Positions 29,431-37,840 of a stretch of DNA of 64,000 bases are shown here, piece after piece (within the stretch, counting starts at the first letter, position 1; every line of letters starts with the position of its first letter). A program made the position numbers and the translations under genes. The notes under the pieces are model-generated. The model was not told where the DNA came from. It did no database searches and saw only the letters and a program-made list of their open reading frames with translations. This DNA is from a virus. The stretch is from positions 8,881-72,880 of IMG/VR virus record IMGVR_UViG_3300037247_001169; one strand, 5' to 3'.

Positions 29431-29694
29431 TTACGTGGTCGGATGTGGGACAGGCAGGCCCAGAGTAGAATACTCCCTGGGGGTGAGCACAACGGGGTTC
29501 CCGTCGAAGAAAAGCATGGGCTCTCCGTCCACGACCCCATAGGTCATAAAAAAGCCAGGCCAGCACACCGGCCACCGAGGATTTACCACGGGCTCCAGCG
29601 CCCGCAAGCAAGACGGGGCGTAGACGGCGGCTATCGTGCCGAAAACAGCAGCTACGGCGACGGAAAGGCGGTTGAGGAAGGTTCGGCGGGTCAT
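29431..29694 (-). CDS. Small protein with Tat-like signal (MTRRTFL)
   Basis: Twin-arginine motif followed by hydrophobic stretch. Confidence 0.5.
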   Translation of the reverse strand: MTRRTFLNRLSVAVAAVFGTIAAVYAPSCLRALEPVVNPRWPVCWPGFFMTYGVVDGEPMLFFDGNPVVLTPREYSTLGLPVPHPTT

Positions 29695-29873
29695 TTGCTC
29701 AGCACCGACGTTACGCCCAAGATGAAAAGTAGGGGCCCGCCTACCAGGCACGCGATCGTCATCTCCACGTCCTTCGAGAAAAATCCTTCAACCGGCGCCC
29801 AGATAACAAGAAGCTGAGAGGTGATCACGAAAGCGGCGATCAACAAAGCGTAAAGGAAGGTTCGGCGGGTCAT
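29691..29873 (-). CDS. Small membrane protein with Tat-like start (MTRRTFL)
   Basis: Twin-arginine motif, two hydrophobic helices, ATGA overlap with next gene. Confidence 0.5.
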   Translation of the reverse strand: MTRRTFLYALLIAAFVITSQLLVIWAPVEGFFSKDVEMTIACLVGGPLLFILGVTSVLSK

Positions 29874-30385
29874 CATCGCTGGGCCCCCCGCCACCAGTAA
29901 ATCAGGCCAATCCTACCCAACAACAGCACCATGGCCCCGCTTTCGACTTTCGCCACCCAACTCCATCGGCACAAACGAAACAGGTCAAACCACCGGCAGG
30001 CTATCCTGTAACGGTTGACCCGCCAATACAGATACGGTCGACGAGCAATCACACCACGTACTCCAAACGGGGGCCGGGGACTACGGGCACGTCGAACACT
30101 TCGGCCCGCAGGTGACCATCCCACTTCCAATCCACTTTCCGGTCAAACGATCGAAGCTATAGTCCCGACCGCCGATGTGGATGTACGTTCCGAACCGAGT
30201 AACTCGAATGTGGATATGGAAGCCCGTCACCAAATCGTCCACTTCGTAATCGCGGACAAACCCCGGCAACCCCAAACGGTGTACGAGGCCGCACAGGGCC
30301 CTCCGTGAGCGACTTCGCCAAATCTGCCAACGAGTCGCGCCTGCATCCGCCGGACCACAACCCGGGAAGGGGAAAATGCCGCCCA

Positions 30386-30592
30386 TCACATCGCCACCCA
30401 CGAGAGGGGGACGGGGCTGGAAAACACGCAACGAGCGTCCTCGCGAATGCGAAGAACCCGCCCCCGCATATCAGGATTCCGACCCACGAGCACAGACACC
30501 ATGTATGACGACTCCGATCCAGTGCGTGGCACAAACGTGGGATCAGTGTCCCACATTCGCCGCAACTCGGCCTTACGCTCGGGGGTTAGCAT
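30386..30592 (-). CDS. Hypothetical protein
   Basis: TGATG coupling with upstream ORF. Confidence 0.45.
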   Translation of the reverse strand: MLTPERKAELRRMWDTDPTFVPRTGSESSYMVSVLVGRNPDMRGRVLRIREDARCVFSSPVPLSWVAM

Positions 30593-30831
30593 CAGTAAAT
30601 CTTCGTCAAGTCAGCGGCCTTGACGGATTCGGTCTCAACGAAAATCGTCTGCTCGGCCCGATCCGCCGTGTCGTGCATTCCAGACACCTCAATGATCTTA
30701 GGTGCCGTTGCGGGCTCCAGCTTCGCCTGTTTCAACTCCCCGTAAGCGGCGCGAAGCACGTCTTCGGAGCCATGAACCTTCCAGCCGGTGCCGTTGTCAA
30801 TCAGAATTTCCAGGCGCCAAATGCCGTCCAT
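30592..30831 (-). CDS. Hypothetical protein
   Basis: GGAGG RBS, TAATG coupling. Confidence 0.55.
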   Translation of the reverse strand: MDGIWRLEILIDNGTGWKVHGSEDVLRAAYGELKQAKLEPATAPKIIEVSGMHDTADRAEQTIFVETESVKAADLTKIY

Positions 30832-31556
30832 TAGAACAAACCTCCCAACGCCCAGAGCGTGCTGGCGAGGGCCAGGTAGGCGGCGATCCAGTTGACGGGG
30901 CCGAAGGCGGCGCGGCGGTGTTTGGGCTCCGCAGGCCTATGCCGCACCAACGACCGCCATGCCCGTCCACGCATCAAGCGAGCGAGTGCCTGGTCTCCAT
31001 AACGCTTCGCCAGCGCCTGGTCGATCTCGGCGGGGGCAACCTGAAAATCTGTCTGCTTGTCATGATGTCGAACTGTAATCCAATCCCCGCGAGGATCCGT
31101 AAAGGCACCCCAGCCAGACGGCAAACAAGGAGCTAGTCGCTTTATCGCAGCCTGAGCTGGTTCGTCGTTCAAGAGGTTGGCCTTGGGTTGCTCCTGCGTG
31201 GGGGCACCCATCATGCCGAGTGCCTGACCCCGAAGGGCTTCCGCCATGCCCAACTGGTGAGCGGCGGAATCCTGCGGAATCCCCAGCCGGGCCAGAGATT
31301 GCTGAGCCCCCATCGGGCCAAGCCTCATGTTCTGAGCCTGAACCTCCGGCGGGAGGTGGGAACCGGCACGGAGAGCCTGCATCTGCTGGACGATCCTGCC
31401 CTCTTTGGCTTCGCATGCGACGACTTGACGCTGGTGCAACTCCTCCGGGGTCACACCATGCATGTTGCAGGCGCCACCCAGCAACCCAGCATCCAACGGT
31501 CCGAATGGGCCGGGAAAGCCGTGTTGGGGGTTGTTGAAGTCCTCAAAGCCCGTCAA
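30831..31556 (-). CDS. Hypothetical protein with C-terminal transmembrane segment
   Basis: 241-aa ORF coupled to the next gene. Confidence 0.45.
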   Translation of the reverse strand: MTGFEDFNNPQHGFPGPFGPLDAGLLGGACNMHGVTPEELHQRQVVACEAKEGRIVQQMQALRAGSHLPPEVQAQNMRLGPMGAQQSLARLGIPQDSAAHQLGMAEALRGQALGMMGAPTQEQPKANLLNDEPAQAAIKRLAPCLPSGWGAFTDPRGDWITVRHHDKQTDFQVAPAEIDQALAKRYGDQALARLMRGRAWRSLVRHRPAEPKHRRAAFGPVNWIAAYLALASTLWALGGLF

Positions 31557-31692
31557 CGGAGGCTCGCAATCGCCATCAGCTACTCCCAGACCGGCCCATT
31601 TACAGTCCTCTGACCTTGAGACACCAGTCGACCAAGTCGAGAATCGGTTGGGCGCTGCCTACCGGAACCTCGCCCGTGCCATGGCAAAGCTT

Positions 31693-32190
31693 TCATGTCG
31701 ACCATTGCTCGCATTTCGGAACATCCGCAGATTCTCCTGGACCTATCGCCGCACGCAGATCCTTGCGGTGCCTCATCTGCCACTTAATCCACTCGTCGTG
31801 CTCAACTTCGCCCTTGCCGCCACATCTCGAGCACTTAAACAGCATGGAAGAATCCGAAGCCTTGCCCTTCACCATATCGGCCTCCTCAAAAAGAGATTCC
31901 ACAGCGTCGCGGATCAAGCTGACATCTAGACACATTCGATCATCGTAACAGGCTACCTCCGCATTCCAGCGCTGAGGGTTCCTTTTGAGGCGGATAATGA
32001 CCGGAAGACGCTCGTCTTCGCTGTCGCCGATTACCTGGAAATGCTCCAGGACGCCGAGGCCGGCAAGAACGCCATAAACGCATTCCTTGCCGGTTGTCAA
32101 CCATAGACCCCTCGGGGCGTCGTGATCCCGGGGAGAGGCAATCCAGTCAAACTCGCTGTCAGCCTTGCGCTTGCGGGGCGTGGCCATCAC
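31693..32190 (-). CDS. Hypothetical protein with CxxC motifs
   Basis: 165-aa ORF. Confidence 0.45.
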   Translation of the reverse strand: MMATPRKRKADSEFDWIASPRDHDAPRGLWLTTGKECVYGVLAGLGVLEHFQVIGDSEDERLPVIIRLKRNPQRWNAEVACYDDRMCLDVSLIRDAVESLFEEADMVKGKASDSSMLFKCSRCGGKGEVEHDEWIKWQMRHRKDLRAAIGPGESADVPKCEQWST

Positions 32191-32527
32191 CGAAAGCTTA
32201 CACCAATTCGTGAAACAGGCAAGGAGTCCCTAGAAGTCGTAGATTGGGAATTGGTGGGCGGGGGGTAAGTACAGGGGGGTAGCGCCTCGCGCGATGGGGG
32301 GTGTACTTTGGTTTTCGCTGGCGGGCTTGGAGTCCCATCGACTTTTGGCGCTTGTTATCAGCCCGACCGTCGATATTGGCCTGGAATCGATGATCCTGCG
32401 CCAATACTACGTCCCATAAGGCATAATACGTCACATTCGATTATCTGGACGTGACCGGGTGGCGATTGTGCCCACGGCGAAGTGGTTGGGTCGCATTGAA
32501 CATAGCTCTCCATGCCCCTGCCTCCGA

Positions 32528-32716
32528 TGCGCCCTTCATGCGCCCTTCATAGCAGACTGTCCTGCGTCCAAGCGCGCCCATGCTCGCCATTGCCACACTG
32601 TAGACTGATGGGGAACGGGGTGGAAACGTCCAGCTTTGTCCAGCTTCACCCACATCCAGGCTGTATCCAGGGTACTTTTGGTCATCCGTTGTCCAGCTTT
32701 GTCCAACTGCGCCCAC
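32528..32716. repeat. Cluster of 10-11-bp tandem/phased repeats in a long apparently non-coding region
   Basis: ATGCGCCCTTC x2; GTCCAGCTTTGTCCA at 32628 and 32691 plus further TCCAG units. Confidence 0.6.
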
Positions 32717-33146
32717 CTGGATGATTCGACTTGTGCTTCGTTACGTGCGCACCCGTTCCCAGGGCCAGTGTCCATTATCGACACACACTGGCATGTCGCG
32801 GGGCGACCGGCTTTCGCCGGGCTGGAGTTGTTACGGTAAGCGCACTCCAGGTGCCATGTTCCGATAACGCTCCTAAATTACGCCGGAGCGTCTAGGCTGG
32901 GCGTGCTCGGTTGCGTGGGATCGGTGCGGGCTTCCAGGCTCAACAGCTATGGGCCTTGCGGCGCTCCGCTGCCTGTTGCCTGGTTACTCATAGACCGTCC
33001 TGCATCCGCCATTGTGGCCCGTTCGAGCTGGGCCGATTAACTACCAGGTGGCGGGCTTCGTCCCGGCCACAACAGGGCTATCCGGGCCTTCGCCTGCCCT
33101 GCATTCGTCCTACCCACAACCCGCCTGGTAGGCCTACGCCTGCGCA

Positions 33147-33274
33147 ATGAAAAGCCCCGCGAAGCATGGTCAGTGGTCTGCGGGGCTGAAGTAGTGGCAA
33201 TGCCACCACGTTCAAGGCTAGATTGTAGCCACTGACCATGCCTCAAGCCTACACCACGATGTGACGTTTGTCAA
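33147..33274 (-). promoter_or_regulatory. Promoter plus attenuator-like leader 1
   Basis: TTGACA-17-TAGGCT; transcript 5' end ATGGTCAGTGG is complementary to the loop of the GCCCCGC/GCGGGGC-TTTT terminator. Confidence 0.6.
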
Positions 33275-33337
33275 ATCAGTGTTATCCTGGCGCCCCGATC
33301 ATGGGTTTCGTGTGCTTTAACACCGATTAACGGTCAA

Positions 33338-33408
33338 TTCCACATTTTTATGGGAATCCACTTGACCTGAGTAACAAGTGTTGTATACTTCATTTGTGAG
33401 TAACGAGT
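33338..33408 (+). promoter_or_regulatory. Cassette-1 promoter with direct-repeat operators
   Basis: TTGACC-16-TATACT; TGAGTAAC(A/G)AGT at 33368 and 33397. Confidence 0.65.
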
Positions 33409-33426
33409 CTTTTAGGAGTTGTGACG

Positions 33427-33609
33427 ATGACAGCAAAGCTAATCGACGTCGTGTATTCTCCGGAACACTGGAATCAGAACTGTGGTTCCATGATCCCCGA
33501 GGCGTGGGAGGCGCTCGTTGACACTGGCGACGGTGTGTGTCGCGTGTTTGGGCATACCCGCGATGAAGCACTGACGAGCGCCGGAACGGAATTCCCTGAG
33601 ATCCAATGA
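33427..33609 (+). CDS. Small acidic hypothetical protein
   Basis: AGGAG RBS after promoter. Confidence 0.55.
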   Translation: MTAKLIDVVYSPEHWNQNCGSMIPEAWEALVDTGDGVCRVFGHTRDEALTSAGTEFPEIQ

Positions 33610-33681
33610 ACAAACGTAGTGGCCCGCGACGGCGTGACGTCCGGGCCGTGGCCAGTACCAAACTGTGAGGAGATACTGACA

Positions 33682-33975
33682 ATGGCAAGTCTACTTCAAA
33701 CAGCCGACGGTCGCATGGTCAAAGTCGGCGACAAGGTCTATTTCTACTGGGGTGGCGTGGACGCTCGCACCCAGAAAGCACGGGTTACACATGGGGTGGT
33801 CGAGGCCGTCACCCAACGGTCGCTCATGCTGATTATCCGACGCCACACCGGCAAGTGCAGTTCTCGGCACGCTTGGCACGTCTTTACGACGCGCGAAGTA
33901 TTGGAAGCTGACCGCAAAAATACTCCGTTCGAGCGCGTCAAGCGGTCCCGTGTCACCGGAAAGTCGGTGTCGTGA
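33682..33975 (+). CDS. Hypothetical protein (SH3-like beta pattern)
   Basis: GAGGAG RBS; VKVGDKVYF. Confidence 0.55.
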   Translation: MASLLQTADGRMVKVGDKVYFYWGGVDARTQKARVTHGVVEAVTQRSLMLIIRRHTGKCSSRHAWHVFTTREVLEADRKNTPFERVKRSRVTGKSVS

Positions 33976-34310
33976 TGACGCTCAAGCGACGAACCAGATG
34001 GAAGCGTGTCATCCGTTTACCATTGCTCACATGGAAACTCTACCAAATCGAACACCTCAGCCTGTGGATGGCGTTCCGGTTTGCATGGCTGACGTTGAAA
34101 TAGAATCACTGCCCGCGCGCCGCACGAACGGCCGCGGGTGGAATATCGTTCGCGGGTGCTCCTGTCGCGAGCTTCGAGCGTGACGATGTGGTACGAATGC
34201 TGAAGCTCGCAGTCGAACGAGAAGGCACGGCGCGCCAACGATACCAAGACCTCGTGAGTAAGTTTTAGGGGCCAATCAGCCGCCCCGGCGGCGATTTACG
34301 GAGGAGTATT

Positions 34311-34565
34311 GTGAGACGCAACCAACGCTACTACATGGCCAACGGATTCCACCACACCGAGACCTACGTGGTCGCCAAGCGCGGCCGCGTGTCGACTGCG
34401 GCCATGATTGCAGCGGAGAAGCGGCTGTGCAAACAGGACGATTGCAAGTGCGGCATGAGTGAGGCCAGTAATCCAACCGACGGCCAGCGTCACGGGATAC
34501 AGGGCGAGCCAGAGCTGTGTCTGGTGAATGATGGCGGCGGGTACTGGCGATTGGAACGACGTTAG
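34311..34565 (+). CDS. Conserved cassette protein (MRRNQRYYMANG)
   Basis: Near-identical homolog at 61440..61694; GGAGGAG RBS. Confidence 0.75.
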   Translation: MRRNQRYYMANGFHHTETYVVAKRGRVSTAAMIAAEKRLCKQDDCKCGMSEASNPTDGQRHGIQGEPELCLVNDGGGYWRLERR

Positions 34566-34601
34566 GACCAGCCGCACGGCGGCGATTTACGGAGGAACGA
34601 T

Positions 34602-34973
34602 GTGATGACGACAGAAGCAGAGAAACCGATTGAAGTCCTGCGGCAAAAACGCAACCTGGAATCCGGCGAAACGGTGCTACTACGCACGGGAATCGAAGAA
34701 GTGAAGCCGCTCGTGAAGATTACGATGGTTATCCTAAAGCGGCTGTACGAAGAGAAGCCGATCGTCCTCTACGAGCTTGCCCAGCTCTGCCGTGACCGTG
34801 ACCACGAACCATGGGGCAAGTGCGGCGATGATCTCGTCGAGAGAAAACTGATTCAGAAAACAGAAAACGGCTATCATGTCCACGACTCCATTCGCAACAT
34901 CGTCTTGGCTGCGATCGACGGCGAAGGTGTGGATATGGTACTCCGCTCACCGTTGGCGCCGAAAGACCCCTAA
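34602..34973 (+). CDS. Hypothetical protein
   Basis: GGAGGA RBS inside repeated linker. Confidence 0.65.
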   Translation: MMTTEAEKPIEVLRQKRNLESGETVLLRTGIEEVKPLVKITMVILKRLYEEKPIVLYELAQLCRDRDHEPWGKCGDDLVERKLIQKTENGYHVHDSIRNIVLAAIDGEGVDMVLRSPLAPKDP

Positions 34974-35137
34974 CCAGCCGCCCCGCGGCAAGGAGACGAA
35001 TCATGGATTGGAACTTCGGAAGATGGGTATCGAGCATGACCTGGCCGGGCATTGTCGCCTGGCTGTCGATGGTCATGCATACGTACCAGCAGCACGGCCC
35101 GCCGTGGGACGTGTTCAACTTCATCGGGGGAGGACCA

Positions 35138-35415
35138 TGAACGAAGCAACAATCAAAGTGACGTCACTCTGCGGCTGTGCGTGGGAAGCACGGGTCGACC
35201 CCGATACCCTGCTCGACACTACCGTCCGGGTTGACCTTGTGTGCCCCACGCACGGCAAGCTCGGGGTGAGACTCGAGCTGACGAGCCCAGCCAACGTTGA
35301 CCTGCTGACTGCGTGCAAGGTCGCGCGAGAATGTCTGTTGAATGGCAGTCCGCCCGGGGTGCCGCTATTGGCCACCGAAGCCGCCATCGCCAAGGCCGAA
35401 GGAGGAACGCCATGA
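35138..35415 (+). CDS. Hypothetical protein with DLL-ACK...AAIAKAE C-terminal module
   Basis: GGAGG RBS; module shared with 35412..35621 and 61728..62113. Confidence 0.6.
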
Positions 35416-35621
35416 GCAAGCAAACTTTCCCGCACACGAACTACGATTGCGGCTGTCAATTTGTCCCGCGTGACGACGGTTGGGCGATTTGGACTATGTG
35501 CCCGCTGCACGAGGCCGCCCCCGACCTGCTGGCAGCGTGCAAGGCGTTCATGTCCGGCCCACCAGCGGGCGTAGTCGGAAAGATGCGGGCCGCCATCGCC
35601 AAGGCCGAGCCCGACGCATGA
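35412..35621 (+). CDS. Hypothetical protein with APDLLAACK...AAIAKAE module
   Basis: AGGAGG RBS, ATGA overlap. Confidence 0.6.
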   Translation: MSKQTFPHTNYDCGCQFVPRDDGWAIWTMCPLHEAAPDLLAACKAFMSGPPAGVVGKMRAAIAKAEPDA

Positions 35622-35872
35622 CCGGCAACCCCCACAAGAAAATGGGTCCGGCCCCGATCGAAGGGGAATACCTCACCAAACAGCAGATGATTCGGTTAGA
35701 CCCGACGCTCGAGGAGGCGATTGTCAATCGCGCAGGACAACGGTCGTTCGCCGCATGGATCAGGTGGGCGGCAAGACGGGCGCTGGGTCTACCCGAACGC
35801 CAGCCGGAGCCCCGCGCCGACAGCAGCGAGGATGGCGGCCGCAAAGACCCCTCGGAGCCAACGGCGGTTTGA
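35618..35872 (+). CDS. RHH-like DNA-binding protein ending cassette 1
   Basis: QMIRLDPTLEEAI-NRAGQRSFAAWIRWAARRAL beta-helix-helix pattern. Confidence 0.55.
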   Translation: MTGNPHKKMGPAPIEGEYLTKQQMIRLDPTLEEAIVNRAGQRSFAAWIRWAARRALGLPERQPEPRADSSEDGGRKDPSEPTAV

Positions 35873-36112
35873 CGTCTGGTCCACTTCGTGCTCGTCGCGC
35901 GACTCCTCGAGGCTGGCTGTCCGCGCCATCAGGCCGAGTTTGTCATTGTACCCGCGAATCGCCTTGTCGATCCGGTGGACCGTGGCCTTAATCTCCTCCG
36001 TGTCCTTTGTCAACGTCCCGATACCAGCTTCCAACATCGAGATCCGGCGGATGTGGTCCATGACCTGGTCACTGCTCGCGCCACAGCTCGGCGTTGATGG
36101 TGCTTTCGCCAT
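35789..36112 (-). CDS. Coiled-coil plus C-terminal TM protein (XhlA/holin-like)
   Basis: 107 aa; promoter TTGACC-17-TAGGCT lies 6 nt upstream of the ATG. Confidence 0.5.
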   Translation of the reverse strand: MAKAPSTPSCGASSDQVMDHIRRISMLEAGIGTLTKDTEEIKATVHRIDKAIRGYNDKLGLMARTASLEESRDEHEVDQTSNRRWLRGVFAAAILAAVGAGLRLAFG

Positions 36113-36162
36113 GCCTCAAGCCTACCTCATGTACGGATTCGGGTCAAGTTGGGCTGGAACCG

Positions 36163-36785
36163 AAACCCGCTCGTACCTTTTGGTTGCCTCGCTGAGAGTG
36201 GCACACTCGAGCCTTTTGGTTGGCTTCCGGTTTTTGACTCGCTTCCGCCAGATGGTTGACTCCGGCATTCTGGCTCGCTCGGGATCAGTGGGTGCCTGAT
36301 GAAGCGTGGCTCGCTCCGCGGCTCTGGTTGCCTAAGTCCTCTGTGGCACGCTTGACTCGTGTGGGTCCCTTCTGAATCATGGCTCGCTTACGCAGCTTGG
36401 GTGTCTACTGGCGAATGGCTCGCTCGGCTCGCCCTGGTTGCCTTGTACAGCGTGGCTCGCTCCGAGATTGTGGGCGCCTTCGTCTATCTGGCTCGCTTGT
36501 ATTCGATGGTCGCCTTGCTTATTCTGGCTCGCTCCGATCTTCTGGTTGCCTCTCAACGTTTGGCTCGCTCTCACCGAATGGGTGGCTGTTTCGGCCTGGC
36601 TCGCTTACGCTCTGTGGTTGCCTGAGTCATCATGGCTCGCTCCCGCGTCCTGGTGGTCTCGGAAAAACTGGCTCGCTCCCGCGCGTTGGTTGTCTCAATC
36701 CGCTTGGCTCGCTTACTGTACCTGGTTGTCTGTGCTGCACTGGCTCGCTCGTCACAAATGGTCGCCTTTCGCGCCATGGCTACGC
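36163..36785 (-). ncRNA. TIGR-like dual-repeat guide array downstream of tas (~16-17 units of 36 nt)
   Basis: Minus-strand AGCGAGCCA-N9-AG(G/A)CAACCA-N9 periodicity; edge repeats at + coordinates 36199, 36235, 36271 ... 36741, 36777; spacers differ between units. Confidence 0.9.
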
Positions 36786-37823
36786 AACGTGAACCTTGCC
36801 CAGCTTAGCCTCCGAGTACGGCGGGGCAACCTCCAGACCCTCAATCTCCCGCCATGCCTTGTACAGATCGATCAGGAACATCTTGATCATGTACCGGATG
36901 GCCATGTTGTGGCGCCTCAGCTTGGACGTCACAATGTGGCCGTCCTCATCCTTTTTCTTGTCGTTGTGGATGCCGTACTTCGTGTGAGACTCCATCCGGT
37001 GCTTGTAGTCGTAGTAGACCTTCGCGTAGGGCGAATCGCCAGCACGAAGGAACGACGCCCCGAGCACTCCCACGAGCTTCGTTTTCAAGAACGGGTTGAA
37101 CGTGATGCCCATGCGGGTCGCGGGCTTCCCGTCCTTGTCCTTGTATTCGACCTCGCGCAAGTGCTCCTTTTTCTTCGATCGGCCGCTGCTCGCCGCCTGG
37201 TAGCGAGCTACCGACAGATCGTCAACGATCAGCAGAAACCCGTTGCCATGCTCAGACATCTTGGCGTTGGGCGGTGGGCCGATGAAGGCCCTTGGGACCG
37301 TCACGTCTTCCGTGAACGTCTCCACAAGAGTCCAGTAGGTTACGCAATCAAGCCCAGCGTAGGCCCACATGCTCGACGGATACCGCGCCTTGTGGATGTC
37401 GAACTCGCTGACGATGACACCGGCCATTGCCGGGCCGACTCCCTTGACCTTCAACAGGAACTCATTCCAGATTGCGAATTCCGTCAGAATCCTGCCTAAC
37501 CTGGAGAAATGGTCCGTCTCGGCTTTCTCCAGGCCGACGTATTGGGCCAGCAGACACAACTCCGTGTACGTGCTGATCACCTCGTCGCCCTTGAACGTCG
37601 CTTGCCTCGGGAACGTCGTCACGCCGTCCGTCAGCTTCTTGTACCGCATACGAAGATCGGCGAGTACCGCTTTGGCGTCCTCTTCGATCTCCTCTTCTTT
37701 CTCGCCCGGCTTCTGGCCGAGCTTCGCCTTGAAGTTTCCTACGATCCGATTGCCCATCTGGATTCTGAGCTTTTGGATGTCGTAGGCTCCGCGGACTACG
37801 GTCCGCAATTGTTCACGTTGCAT
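36780..37823 (-). CDS. tasA: TIGR-associated Nop-domain protein without a visible nuclease domain (TasA-like; IS110-related)
   Basis: YDIQKLRIQMGNR coiled-coil start, L-VKGVGP--AG, SS-WAYAGL, FNPFLKT-L, Y---Y-DYK-R, H--A-RYMIK-FL-DLY--WR--EGL; no N-terminal DEDD/RuvC domain; flanked by 36-nt arrays. Confidence 0.85.
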   Translation of the reverse strand: MQREQLRTVVRGAYDIQKLRIQMGNRIVGNFKAKLGQKPGEKEEEIEEDAKAVLADLRMRYKKLTDGVTTFPRQATFKGDEVISTYTELCLLAQYVGLEKAETDHFSRLGRILTEFAIWNEFLLKVKGVGPAMAGVIVSEFDIHKARYPSSMWAYAGLDCVTYWTLVETFTEDVTVPRAFIGPPPNAKMSEHGNGFLLIVDDLSVARYQAASSGRSKKKEHLREVEYKDKDGKPATRMGITFNPFLKTKLVGVLGASFLRAGDSPYAKVYYDYKHRMESHTKYGIHNDKKKDEDGHIVTSKLRRHNMAIRYMIKMFLIDLYKAWREIEGLEVAPPYSEAKLGKVHVA

Positions 37824-37840
37824 TCCGTTGCTCCTGAAAA

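Larger units (their letters stand above)
33338..35872 (+). mobile_element. Plus-strand small-ORF cassette 1 (moron / anti-defence-like operon)
   Basis: Opposite strand to flanks; own promoter; ~8 small ORFs; linkers and one ORF shared with 59771..62258. Confidence 0.55.

Noticed and set aside
36498-36524. Predicted guide target TCGAATACATGCTTATTC reads as (I/V)EYMLI, like an Flp pilin motif
   Set aside because: 18 nt is too short to support without a database hit.
36780-37823. IS110 insertion sequence transposase
   Set aside because: Lacks the N-terminal DEDD domain needed for recombination; array context fits Tas instead.
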